DNA of 64,000 bases from Octopus vulgaris (GCA_951406725.2 OX597816.1:166408001-166472000); one strand, 5' to 3'. Numbered from the stretch's first letter, positions 38,659-51,644 are shown. Notes: generated by a model from the sequence alone, not told the origin. A program made the numbers and translations.

Positions 38659-40132
38659 CTGAATTAAAAACCAAATACAAAGAAAGATTTTCAGTTTATT
38701 CAAACAAAGATCACATGAATTTAATTATTTACTTATTTGTCCACCCTGTATCTACCTTTCGCTACATTCACCATATAAAAGGCACCTATGCCAGTACCAA
38801 AAAGGCACTCATACCCACTAACGTAGCTAGAGTGTGTACCACTCCTGAACCCCACAAAAAGCACATGTTGCCTACAACAGACCCCAAAGTGCTGCCCCTA
38901 CTGCCCCCACACCTAGTTACATTAGTGCTTGTACAGGTGCCAAGTAAGAAGCACACATGTCAGTAACAAGTAAGGAACATCCATGCTAGAACCATGTAAG
39001 AGGCACTTGTGCCAGTGCGGCATAATCAGCACCTGTGTCAGTGCCACATATTAAGCACCTATGCTGGTGCTATGTAAAGTGGTTGGCATTAGGAAGGGCA
39101 TCCAGTCATAAAAAGACCATGCCAAAACAGACAATGGAGCCTGGGCACCTGTCTGTCCAACTCATGCCAACATGGGAAACAAACACTAGTTCTTCATTCA
39201 TTATTTTCACACAAGGAGAGCAATTCCAGGCGAGGGGGATAATTGATTGCATCATACCCAGTGCTCAACTGGAACTCAACATCAGCAGAATTTGACAGGA
39301 AATTTTGATGGCTGATTATAATAAACACATCGTTACCAGTGTCGCCTTACCGGCACTTGTACCTGTGCTAGTAGGGTGCCAAGAGCACCATCTGAGCATA
39401 ATCGTTGCCAGAGCAGCCAACTGGCTTCCGTGCTAGTGGCATGTGAAAGGGCACCATTCGAGCGTGATCATTACCAACGTCGCCTTACTGGCACCTGTGC
39501 TGGTGGCATGTGTAAAAGCATCCACTACACTCTCGGAGTGGTTGGCGTTAGGAAGAGCATCCAGCTGTAGAAACACTGCCAAATCAAGATTGGAGCCTGG
39601 TACAGCCATCTGGTTTGCCAGCCCTCATTCAAAATCGTCCAACCCATGCTAGCATGGAAAGCGGTCGTTAAACAATGATGATGACAGGAAGTTTGCATCA
39701 TAGAAGCAGGGGTTGATCTCAGGTAGATTGGTATCAAAAAGGCTTAGCCAGTTAACTGATATAATCTACCTTGGGGTAGGGTAGGGGGTGATGAAACCAG
39801 TCAAATATTGGGGTTAATTTTGTTGACTGCTTCCTGCCTCGAATGTTTGAATTTGTGTCTTAAGCTGGCGGAATCATTGAGACATCGGACATTGGACTTT
39901 ATGTCTGGCAGAATCATTGAGACATTGGACAAAATGCTCGGTGGCATTTCGTCCAACCCTTTAGTTTCTGAGTTCAAATTCCACTGAGACACCATGTAGA
40001 GGATTCCTTGTTGGCTTGTTGTTTTTATGAGTTGCATTTCAGATCAACTTCATAAGAATTTATTCCATTCTCACAGTAACCAAATTCATCAGAAAAGAAA
40101 AACAAAATGGAAATCTAAAGGAACATACTCAC

Positions 40133-40282
40133 CACTGAGGACAGCATGTGGTTTGACCACGCAACAGGTACAATCTTCGAGGACAACAGGGTTCCTACGA
40201 ATAATACCACCAGAAGTTGGGAAGAAAAATTCTAGCTGCTGTGCTGCTTCACCGGCACATCTTGGTCCATAGCAAAGATTAG
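40133..40282 (-). CDS. NME7: NME7 exon 6, end of domain A and start of domain B (ANLCYGPRCAGEAAQQLEFFFP...CTCCVVKPHAVLSG)
   Basis: cccag acceptor, GTGAGT donor, 150 nt, phase 1 to 1; EFFFP and CTCCxVKPHA motifs typical of NME7; not in the ORF track, read by hand. Confidence 0.93.
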
Positions 40283-40598
40283 CTGGGAAAGATATAGAAT
40301 CTTATTAAATATTAAATTCATCTCATAAACTAAATTAATATCATCATCGTCGCTTCCACCGCTACTACCACCACCATCATACAAACAGTGTCATTCATTT
40401 CCAGTATTCTGTGAGAAACACGTCTGGGGATATGTTACCTTGCTGGGAAACAGGCGAAGGTTGGCGATAGAAAGGGTATCCGGTTGTACAATATTTGCTT
40501 CAATGAATTCTATCCAACCAATGTAAGCATGGAAAAGTGGACGTTAAAACAATATTGATGATGATGATGATAATGGTGGTGATGACTATTCAACATAC

Positions 40599-40753
40599 CT
40601 TCACAAAAGTGAGCCGATATAGTCAGTGGAGCACTTGCAACAGCCTCTTCTGTATTTACAGGACCTAATGCTCTTAACCAGGAACATATGGCATCATCTC
40701 CCAATAATTCCAGAGCCACTACAGGACCAGATGTCATGTTTTCAATCAATTTC
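40599..40753 (-). CDS. NME7: NME7 exon 5, NDK domain A (KLIENMTSGPVVALELLGDDAICSWLRALGP...)
   Basis: ggcag acceptor, GTATGT donor, 155 nt, phase 2 to 1; SGP and LGP motifs of the NDK fold. Confidence 0.93.
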
Positions 40754-40997
40754 CTGCCAATAAATAAATGGGAAAATAAATGAATTAATTACAGAGATGT
40801 ACTTGCATAGCAAGTGACCTGATCTGAGATCGTGTGCTGAAACAAAAACAATTGCAGCATGGAAGGTGTTTATAAGCCATTTAAAAACACAGAAAAATTG
40901 TTAGATCCACTTCAACATTTAAATTTAATTTGTCAAAATATTTTCGTCGTTTTGAAACCGTGACCTGTTCACAGACAATTCCATGCAGTACGGAATT

Positions 40998-41046
40998 TTG
41001 TCAGTGAACAGGTTGCAGTTTCAAAGTGATGAAAATATTTTGACAA
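40998..41046 (+). ncRNA. Variant minimal hammerhead motif with G3-C8 core; mirror copy on the minus strand at 40930-40978
   Basis: TTGTCA-GTGAACA-G GTTGC..GTGAT-GAAA-ATAT-TT-TGACAA. Confidence 0.5.
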
Positions 41047-41146
41047 ATTAAATTTAAATGTTGAAGTGAATCTAACAATTTTTCTGTGTTTTTAAATGGC
41101 TTATAAACACCTTCCACACTGCAATTTTTTTGGTAAATTAATTAAA

Positions 41147-41448
41147 TCTTTATATATAAAACTGAAGTTGTGTGAGAGTCTGTCTCCTCCGATTTAGATT
41201 CCCAACTACTCCCACATTTTGCGGTGCAGTTTAACCAAAAGCGGGTATCTTATAGTCGTGATTCATATCGAGCCCTTCTGGGTATTAGCGCGCATCTACG
41301 ATGAGTCTACGATTTAAAAAAAAATTACCATCATTTTTTCGCTTTTTTAATGCATTTTTTGCTCAGTTTATATAAGGGAAGTAACTCTAAAAATGCTTAT
41401 ATAGTTATTTCCCTTACAAACCCGAGCAACGCCAGGCAATACTGCTAG
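41147..41448 (+). mobile_element. Non-autonomous Helitron
   Basis: A|TC start, subterminal CCCGAGCAACGCCAGG hairpin-like motif, CTAG|T end, no TSD. Confidence 0.8.
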
Positions 41449-42348
41449 TTTAGTTTAATTAAACAAATTCTATTAAAAGTTCTTGGTACTTACAAACATC
41501 AATTACTTCAAATTACTGAAACTAATAATGATGTCTACATAGGAGAGTGCTGTAGCTGACTGAATTCCAAGTATATTACATATACACACGGGGGTACAGC
41601 ATATATACAAGGGGGTACTGAAAAGTTCCTGGCTTTAAGGGTATCATTGGAGACTCAACCTTCCGAATTCTTTCACAGGGCTTAGAAAAACTGAAGAACT
41701 GCTGCAATAAGTGAGTGAATCTGAGAAGGGAATATGTAAAATAAAATCACAATTAACTGATCCTCTTCCACTTTCTTTTGCCCACTGGTTTCTGCCACGA
41801 CTGCAATTAACTAAGTGCCATAAAATATTTTGTCTACCATTTTACCAATTCTGCCACTCCGTTCAGACACTTGAGTTGCAGACCATCAGGCTCAGCAGTG
41901 ATTGCTTTAATTCATTTTGCAAGAAGGACTGCTTCAGCCGGATTGTGTTCTGCCCGTACCTTCGAAATATGTATTGAGTCGAAACAGGGGCAGCTGATGA
42001 AGGGGGATATTCCTTGTATTGTTTGTCCTGTACTCTGTTTTATCGTTGTTAAAAAAAGTCCGTTTCCTTGTTTGTTTTTATGGTTTCGTTTCTCGTTGTG
42101 TTCTACGTTTATTTGTGGTGTCCTGTACTCATATATGCATGTATATATACATATAGATGTAGGTATGTACATATATGTATGTATGTATACATATGTTTTA
42201 TTTATTAAATTGTTATTATATGATTGAACGCCACACATCGTTTCCTCTTCTCCAAGTAAATTGCTTTCTAAAGTTGGTTAGAAGAAGAAAACAAAAACAC
42301 TAAATAAAAAGAGAACGAATAGTTGTATAAATGCCATTTGAAATTTAC

Positions 42349-42510
42349 ATGTAAAATTCTTTGTCCTTATAACCGAGACAAAATTCTGCAGCTTCTGCTC
42401 GTGTCAGCACACACATCTTCATCTTTGTTATCTTAAATCCTTTATTCTGAATAAATTCAAACATTTCTCCCATTTTCGGAACAGCTTTCGCATTCAGCAA
42501 GCCAAGAGTT
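42349..42510 (-). CDS. NME7: NME7 exon 4, NDK domain A start (TLGLLNAKAVPKMGEMFEFIQNKGFKITKMKM...)
   Basis: ttcag acceptor, GTAAAT donor, 162 nt, phase 2 to 2. Confidence 0.92.
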
Positions 42511-43875
42511 CTGAAAGAAAAGGAAAAAGAAAACAAAAAAGTGTCATGTCACCAAGAAAATATCTGAAAATATTTTGGATAGGTGCAAGCATGTCTGGTT
42601 GAAAAGTTGGCTTTCCAACCAGCCACTGAAAGCGCTAGACTTAACATTGCATGCTAAATAGCCATCAGTTACAGGGTACTTGCTATTACTGTTGTTGTTG
42701 TTAAGCAACAAGATGAGTAAGGGTGATCAGGTGATGGTCTAGGGCTTAGGGGCGGGAGACCCCAGACCTTGGAAAAAAAAAATCTTTAGTCGTCTTGTTG
42801 TAGTCGAGGGCTCTTTGTTGACGCCTGACACTACTGGGAGGTGGCCCTTGAAGTTGCTAGAAATGGAGATCTCCAGGTCCAAATTCTTGGACAGTTACTT
42901 GCTGTAAGGATTGCAGGGGTAGAAAGAAAATGTGAACTACACATGTCCAGAGCTAATTCCTTGCCTTCAGTCCCAACAGACCACTAGTGCCCAACCTGAC
43001 TGGTCAAGGTCAGACACCAGGTCCCATCTTTTCCCATGTGATGTCCTTCATCATCGTCACAAACAACAGATGAACAGATGATACTGCCTAGAGTCAAGGT
43101 GTGACAAAAAGGAACTCCCACATTTTAAAGAGTGACAGCAGCTGAGGCAAGGTGTGCAGTACTCCAAATTATGATGGAAACTTAAAGAAAGAAAGATAAA
43201 ACAAGTTACACAGAGACACCATTACCACTTACCTAACTTCATTATTTAATATGCATTGAAACAACAAGAGTTTTTCTCCCACATTCTATTTACAGTGGGG
43301 TAGATTGGGTAACTGTAAATTAGTGGGAAGAGGGACAAAGAGAGAGAGATAAAGAGAGAATATGTGTGAGAGAGAGAGAGGACAGAATAGTGATGTTGTG
43401 GCGGACACCCCTAAGTGAGAAGTGGGCTGTTCCACTACTGATGAATAGTGGACTGACACAACAAGCAGGGTCAGTCAACGAAGTACGCTGCGTGGGCCAG
43501 TCACGCAGACAACAAAATACATCCTCATAATATAGGACATATCAGTGGCAATGAGGATTCATACACAGGCAGTGAAAAATAAATCCTGTTGGAGAAGGAA
43601 CTGAACTGCACACAGTGAAAATTATATAAATTCTATTGAAAAAAGATTCTGAAGAACAAAAATAATAATGTTGTGTGAAAGAAAAAAAATTCTCAAATAG
43701 CGGACACCCCCAAGTGAGAAGTAGGTTGCTATTCTACTGATAAATAGTGGACAGTTAAAGTTATTTTAATAAATTTTTCATTATTTTCAAAATTAGTTGA
43801 AACAAAAGCAGTGTCATTCAAATGGAATATGGCAACGAAAAACTTTCCACCAAAATTTCATGTTAAATTTATGTA

Positions 43876-44666
43876 TTGGGTTGTCCAGAAAGTTCGTGCC
43901 GATTTTTAAAGGAAAAAAAAAGGGTCAATAAATACTTGCCATTACATTTTTAATCAACCAGATATGAACCATTTTGTTGCACAATGCATCTCCAGCTTTC
44001 CTTTAACTTGAAAATACTCTCTTCCCAGAATTGAGGTGGTTTCATGGCAAAGAATTCATCAAGGTATCTTTTTACTTCATCCAAGGAATTGAAATTTTTA
44101 CCATTAAGACTATTTTACAGAGACCTGAATAAGTGGGAATCCGAAGGAGCAATATCTGGCGAATATGGAGGGTGGGGTAACACATCCCAGCCAAGTTGCA
44201 GCAATTTTTGTCTAGTTCCCAAAGCATCAAGCACCGAAAATGAACTTTCTTATCTTCCATTTTAAAGGGTTACAGAATTAACACAGATTATAGGAACATA
44301 AACCTTCTTTCACAAAAAGATAGCTTAACCCTTTAGCATTTAAACCGGCCATATCTGGCCCAAATTTTCTACTTCTTTTATGTTCAAACCATCCAGATCT
44401 GGCCTTTCACTCATATCCTACAATGTCATCCTCAAAATAAACCATCACATCATCAAATTCTCAGAGCTACAAGATAATGCAGGATTAACTCAAAACAATG
44501 TGAATGAAAAAGCATTAGATTTGACAGAGTAATCTGAACACTAAAGGGTTAAACAGTGCTCTAAATGGAGGTGTAGTCAAATCCTATTTTATGGACTCAA
44601 CCATGTTCTAAAATAAGTCGAAAGGTAAGCTACTATAAATCGGCATGAACTTTCCGGGCAACCCAA
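43876..44666 (-). mobile_element. Internally deleted mariner with a nested TTAA MITE (about 44325-44552)
   Basis: TIRs TTGGGTTG.CC.GAAAGTTC.TGCCGATTT with TA flanks; N-terminus MEDKKVHFRC fused to PHPPYSPDIAPSD C-terminus. Confidence 0.88.
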
Positions 44667-44799
44667 TAATAAACACTAGCTTAATAAATACAAACATTTT
44701 ACAAAATCCTTCATTATTTTCAAAATTAATTAAAAGAAAGACAATGAATTTCAACAGGAATACAGTAATAAAAAAAGGTTAAAAGAACATCATTTTTAC

Positions 44800-44966
44800 T
44801 TCTGAGTTTGATTTGTGAGTTCCCTTCTGGTAAATTCATCTCCAAAGTCTACAACATTAAGTTGTCGGGAGAATAAATTAATAACACTTCCAATGTAGAG
44901 GTCTTCTAAACTGATATTGTCACAAACAGTTCGCCTTAGGAAAACTCGGTGCTTCTTGTATTCGTA
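44800..44966 (-). CDS. NME7: NME7 exon 3, DM10 domain (YEYKKHRVFLRRT...DLYIGSVINLFSRQLNVVDFGDEFTRREL)
   Basis: ttccag acceptor, GTAAAA donor, 167 nt, phase 0 to 2; DM10 signature. Confidence 0.95.
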
Positions 44967-46529
44967 CTGGAAATAAATATTATTTAGAAAAATCATATTT
45001 CTTTGTATTAGAAAAATACTTTTTGTTTTTATTAGTTTTTGTTTGTTTTTATTAGTTTTTATTAGTTTTATTAGTGCGGGTGGCACGTAAAAAGCACCCA
45101 CTACACTCACGGAGTGGTTAGCGTTAGGAAGGGCATCCAGCTGTAGAAACATTGCCAGATAAGACTGGAGCCTGGTGCAGCCTTCTGGCTTCCCAGATCT
45201 CCAGTCGAACCGTCCAACCCATGCTAGCATGGAGAACGGACGTTAAACGATGATGATGATGATGAACATATACCGTACTTAAACATGTATAAGGAACCCT
45301 TTTTTGTCAAAAATTAGGTTAACAAAATATGGGAGTTTCTTATACATAGTTAGTATTATAATCCCTTACAAAACTGTTTTTCCAAATTTTAAGCCCCCAA
45401 AATTAGGGGGTTCCTTATACACATTAAAATCGTGACACTCTGTTGGTTACGACGATAAGGGTTCCAGTTGATCCGATCAACGGAACAGCCTGCTCGTGAA
45501 ATTAACATCTAAGTGGCTGAGAACTCCACAGACACATGTACCCTTTAAGTAGTTTTCGGGGAAATTCAGCTTGACACAGAGTGACAAGGCTGGCCCTTTC
45601 AAATACAGGTACAACAGAAACAGGAAGATAGAGTGAGAGAAAGTTGTGGTGAAAGAGTACAGCAGGGTTTGCCACTACCCCCTGCTGGAGCCACATGGAG
45701 CTTTAGGTGTTTTCGCTCAATAAACACTCACAACACCCAGTCTGGGAATCGAAACCGCGATCCCATGACCATGAGTCCACTGCCCTAACCACTGGGCCAT
45801 TGCACCTCCACACACATTAAAATATGGTAGTAACAATAAAATAGTGTGAATAAGCATGCTATAAAATACTACGCTCTCCAACTACATGGTTTGGGGTTCA
45901 GTTCCACAGTGTGACACCTTGAACAAGTGTCTTTTATTAAAACCCTGAACCAACCAAAGCCTTGTGGGCTGATTTAGTAGATGGAAACAGCACTAAGCTG
46001 AATAAGATCTGCTTTCCTTCTCTGCCAGAAGGTGGTGTGTTGCTCTTCACTATAGACTTGGTAGACAGCTGGATTCATGTCAAATGAGACAGCAGCTGCT
46101 CAACAGAATCCCGCAAACCAGTAACAATATTAATATGGACACCCAACAGAGGAACACAACTCGCATTACACACAAACACTGTGGATATGTGATCTTCTAT
46201 CTTTGCCCAATTCAGGAAAAAATGCATTTAGCAGAACAGGTCTGTGTATGCAGTGTTCATAGACTTCACACAATACAAACACTAATACAACAAAAGACTC
46301 ATGCCAAAGCCAATAACAAAACAAACCAATGCAATACGGTACCAGGAAGAGTATGGTTATCCCCCAACACCAATAAAAACAAAAACTACACCTCAGCAAC
46401 ACAGAGGTGTGACAGGCGATGCAGGAGAAATTTACCTGAAACTATCAAATATTGAATAATAATAATAATAATGATGATGATGGTGATGGTGATAGTGGTG
46501 GTGGTGGTGATGATGATGATGATGGTGAT

Positions 46530-47906
46530 AAATGCCCTGATGCAGTACCAGGCAGTGGCTCTCATGGCATCTGATCTTAACTGATTGGAAGTGTTATCAT
46601 GTACATTGTTTTGTCTTGGTATAAAATATTCTGCTCAATACCACAGATTTGCTTGTCAATTGTTTGACCATAACCAGCTGAGCATGTCCCTTAGTGGCTT
46701 ACAATTTGTGCATCCCTGATCAGGAGCAGGAATAGTGGAGGATAGCTATGGGTCGAGAGGAATTCTTTGGGGGTTTGAATAATTCACCCCTGGAAACATG
46801 GGTGTTTCATTCATCATTCTTAACCAGCCCTTATTCGAGGACTTTTTGAGTGGGATGGGCTACTTGACCTGAAAAAAATTCTAACTGGGCTCCAGCTACA
46901 AGGTCATGTGCTGTTTATTCTGATATGAAATTACCATGCCATGCACATACGGTTGTGCTGCATGTGCCTGGTGTACCCTTATCAGATAGGTAGTCATGAT
47001 GGGTATATTGGACTTTGTATATTTGTACCCCAATATCACTTTGATGGTATGGACTGCCCTCTCACCCAATGAATAATAATGCCCTGATACAGTACCAGGC
47101 AGTAGCTCTTATGGCTTCTGATCTTAAAAATAGTTGTTGTAGTTGTTACTGCTGCTACCACCACCACTACTGCTGCTGCTGCTACTACTTCTACTACTAC
47201 TACTACTACTAAAATTTTGCCTTTCAACCATTGTGGGTTAATAAAATAAAGTACCAATGAAGTACTGGAATGAATAAAATTGACTGACCCCCACCCCACC
47301 ACTAAAATTGCTGGCCTTGTGCCAAAATTTGAAACCATTATTAGTCATGATGGGTATACTGGGCTTCGTATATTTTACCCCAGTGCCACTTTGATGGCAT
47401 GCACTGCTCTCTCACTCACTGTACATGTTTTGCCTTGATATAAGAGATGGGCTACAGCAAATATTTATTCTGCTCAATACCACAGATTTGCTTGTCAGTT
47501 GCCTGACCTTAACCAGTTGAGCATGTCCCTTAGTGGCTTATATGTGCATCCCTGATCATGAGCAGGAATAGTTGGAGAGCATCTTAGCTATGGGTCAAGA
47601 GGAATTCTTTTGGGTTTGAATAATTCACCTCTGAAAACATGGGTGTTTCATTCATCATCCTGAATTAACCCGTATTCGGGGATTCTTTTAACAGGTGGGC
47701 TACTTGACCTGAAAATAATTCTAACTGGGTTCCATCTGCAAGGTCATGCACTGTTTATCTTCATAAGAGATTACCATGTCACATACATATGGTTGTGATG
47801 CATGTACCTAGTGTACCCTTATCAGACAGGTAGTCATGATGGGTATATTGGGCTTCGTATATTTTACCCCAGTGTCACTTTGATGGCATGCACTGCTCCC
47901 TAACTC

Positions 47907-47910
<4 letters not shown>
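46530..47910 (+). repeat. Two tandem copies of an about 550-bp interspersed repeat ending in (TAA)n; also at 5448-5730 and 29770-30312 (minus)
   Basis: shared blocks such as GGGCTACAGCAAATATTCTGCTCAATACCACAGATTTG. Confidence 0.8.
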
Positions 47911-47940
<30 letters not shown>

Positions 47941-47941
<1 letters not shown>

Positions 47942-48296
47942 GAGCATTTGGAGAGCACAAACCTCCACCAAGGCAACACCAACGTCCTCTCAATGATTAG
48001 TCAGAGATGATTTTTAAAATGAGAATATCTGAAATACTTAAATGCTCTCACAAATGAGAATACTAAAGATGAACCTGACTGCTCTCAAAAATTAAGTAAA
48101 AAACAGGAAAAATAATCCAGAATCCTTGTCTGGCATCGGATCAATCCCAAGATCTAAGTTTGTGCCAGTCAGAAGGCCAAATATCCCTAAAAGTTTCAGC
48201 CGAATCCATCCGGCAGTTCTTGAGATATCTTGTCCACGGACAAACAGACATGACCGAAAACAATACCTCCACCTTCGCTAAGGCGGAGATAACAAT
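47941..48296 (+). mobile_element. Helentron-associated (HINE/DINE-like) element
   Basis: subterminal ACCTCCACCAAGG motif, ACAAACAGAC repeat, terminal CTCCACCTT..AAGGCGGAG hairpin. Confidence 0.55.
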
Positions 48297-48325
48297 AATG
48301 ATGATGATGATGATGGTGGTGGTGG

Positions 48326-48370
<45 letters not shown>

Positions 48371-50503
48371 CAAATTTGGCACGAGGCCAGCAATTTTAGT
48401 GGGGTGGGGGTCAGTCAATTTTATTCATTCCAGTACTTCATTGGTACTTTATTTTATTAACCCACAATGGTTGAAAGGCAAAATTTTAGTAGTAGTAGTA
48501 GTAGTAGAAGCAGCAGCAGCAGTAGTGGTGGTGGTAGTAGCAGTAGCAACTACAACAACTATTTTTAATTTAAGCACAAGACCAGGAATTTTAGGCGAAA
48601 GGGGCAGTTGATATCAAGGTGAGATTTTGAAGTGTATTTCTCTGAATTTCAATGGAAATAGTTCATACTTCTCCCTCAATGCCACTGACCCCATTCTTCC
48701 ATTATCCACCTGTTGTTTGTTTTTTTGTTTTTTTATTGAGAACAAAAGAAATAGCACAAAATTAAACTAACATTTCATATTATGTTTCCCACAACCTACC
48801 AATATATCAACATCTACTGTCGCCCTACCACCACCACCACCACCACCACCACCGCCGCCACCACCCACCAACACACACAGCTGTTACATAGTGTTGTTGG
48901 TTTGTTTCTATTTCTTTTGTCCATAAATTCAGTCTTTCTAAGACAAACAACCATTAAACCTTGAATAATTATAATATTTACTACTGTTTAGCTCCAGAGA
49001 AAAAAATCTTTTCCATCTGGTTACTGGCACACAGTTTCTGTCCAGGGAGTGATAAACTCCCTTGCTCATTCCATACAGGCACAAGCTGTGTGTCGGAAGC
49101 AAGCTGGAAAAGATGTTTACCTGGGGCTAAACAGTAGTGACATCATCTTTTGTAGGACTGTCATATTCTGTTGACAAATTAACTGTTCAGTACTGTAATT
49201 GCATGCCTGTCACTCAGAGATTTAAAACAAATTGTTTTTCTCTTTAATCATATATTTCTTATGGTCCCTCTTTGTTGTTAACTTTCTCACTCCCTCTCTT
49301 TCTCTCTGGTTGGGTAACCATGTACCTCCTCTACAGCAAAACATCTTTTCTTTATTTCTTTATTGCCCACAAGGGCAATAAACATAGAGGGGACAAACAA
49401 AAACAGACAAAGGGATTAAGTCGATTACATCGACCCCAGTGCGTAACTGGTACTTAATTTATCGACCCCGAAAGGATGAAAGGAGGAATTTGAACTCAGA
49501 ACATAACGGCAGACGAAATACCGATAAGCATTTCACCCGGCATGCTAATGTTTCTGCCAGCTCGCTGCCTTCGTTTCTGTCTCTGTTGCACTGTAATCAT
49601 TCATCATCTGACATAAGATCACCTCCTCTAATGCCCCCTTCCTTCTCAAAGGATCTTTGTCTTACAAAGTTACTTGGCAGTCTTGTCAATGCAGGCACCA
49701 TTTAAAAAGCATCCAATCCACATTGAAAATGATTGGCATTTGGAAAGGCATCCAGCTGTAAAAACCTTGCCAAAACTAACCTTGCCTGTGCTGGTGCTAC
49801 GTAAAAAGCACTCAGCCAACTGTGTTGGGTGGCTGGTGTTAGAAAGGGTATCCAGCTATAGAAGCCATGCTAAAAGAGACACAGAAGTATGGTGCAGGTT
49901 TCTTATTTCTTTATTACCCACAAGAGGCTAAACAAGGACAGACAAAGGGATTAAGTCTATTACATCGACCCAAGTGCGTAACTGGTACTTAATTTATTGA
50001 CCTTTCAAATACAGATACAACAGAAACAGGAAGAAAGAGTGAGAGAAAGTTGTGGTGAAAGAGTACAGCAGGATTTGCCACCATCCCCTGCCGGAGCTGC
50101 ATGGAGCTTTAGGTGTTTTCGCTCAATGAACACTCACAACTCCCAGTCTGGGAATCGAAACCGCAATACGACGACCGCGAGTCCACTGCCCTAACCACCG
50201 GGCCATTGCGCCTTCACATAGCTAAAGTATGTATATATATTTCTTTACTACCCACAAGGGTCCAAACACAGAGGGGACAAACAAGGACAGACAAAGAGAT
50301 TAAGTCTATGTACAGCTAATGTATGCTTATAGTTAATGTATACATATAGCTTAATGTATGCATATAACTAATGTATGTGTATAGCTAATATATAAGTATA
50401 GAGAAACTATGGAAAGCCAGTTAGGGCAAAAATCACTACATCAATATTCTGGTCTTGTGAATCTTGGCTCCCCGATAACTTCATTAGATTTAATTATACT
50501 TAC

Positions 50504-50614
50504 CATTTCCACAGACTTGTCTTTAGGGTAGTAGAGAAACTGGTAGCGCCGTGTCAGCGAAGCAACAGCATCGTACCAGTCGACAACGAAGCAGTAACGC
50601 TTACAATCTTCCTC
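50504..50614 (-). CDS. NME7: NME7 exon 2, DM10 domain start (EEDCKRYCFVVDWYDAVASLTRRYQFLYYPKDKSVEM)
   Basis: tgcag acceptor, GTAAGT donor, 111 nt; matches the NME7 DM10 motif F..EWYD..A.L.RRY.L.FYP.D.SVEM. Confidence 0.95.
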
Positions 50615-51364
50615 CTGCACAACAAAATGAGAGTGAGATAATTTAAAAAAAAAAAGATGGAACATGTCTGTCTGTCTTGTGAGCCACTACAGCAATGATG
50701 TTTGTCTCACTCCATCATACATAAATGTTTTAACACAAATCTATAAAGAGATTTTATTTCAGACAATGGCACAGCATTAAGCCTTCCAAGTGTTCTGTTA
50801 CTCTTTTACTTGTTTTAGTCATTTGACTGCAGCCATGTTGGAGCACTGCCTTAAGCTGAAGAAATCGACCCCAGGACTTATTCTTTGTATGCCTAGTACT
50901 TATTCTATCGGTCTCTTTTGCCGAACTACGAAGTTACAGGAATGTAAACACACCAATATCGGTTGTCAAGCGATGGTGGTTGAACAAACACAGACACACA
51001 AATATATACATATATATATATATATTTATATATACTCTTTTACTTGTTTCAGTCATTTGACTGCGGCCATGCTGGAGCACCGCCTTTAGTCGAGCAAATC
51101 GACCCCGGGACTTATTCTTTGTAAGCCCAGTACTTATTCTATCGGTTGTCAAGCAATGCTAGGGGGACAAATACAGACACACAAACACACACACATACAT
51201 ATATACGACGGGCTTCTTTCAGTTTCCGTCTACCAAATCCACTCACAAGGCATTGGTCGACCCGGGGCTATAGCAGAAGACACTTGCCCAAGATGCCACG
51301 CAGTGGGACTGAACCCGGAACCATGTGGTTGGTTAGCAAGCTACTTACCACACAGCCACTCCTA

Positions 51365-51401
<37 letters not shown>

Positions 51402-51450
51402 GGAGCTTCTACAGGACTAGAACTGTTTCATTCAAGAGAAATCTTCAGGA

Positions 51451-51501
51451 AGCTTCCTGAAGATTTCTCTTGAATGAAACAGTTCTAGTCCTGTAGAAGC
51501 T
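51451..51501 (+). ncRNA. Type I hammerhead ribozyme motif (Penelope-type), mirrored on the minus strand at 51404-51454
   Basis: AGCTTC-CTGAAGA-T TTC tctt GAA T-GAAA-CAG ttctagtc CTG-TA-GAAGCT: 6-bp helix I, full core, GUA cleavage triplet. Confidence 0.75.
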
Positions 51502-51582
51502 CCTTCTATATAATAAATTAATTTTACTCTGCTATGTATTGAGTACCTTATTTACTGTGGTTAACCCCGAATCAACCCGGGA

Positions 51583-51644
<62 letters not shown>

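Noticed and set aside
41978-42010. GAAAC...CTGATGA motif (also minus strand near 765-785) as a hammerhead
   Set aside because: Only 9 nt separate GAAA and CUGAUGA and no downstream GAAA/UH exists, so helices I and III cannot form
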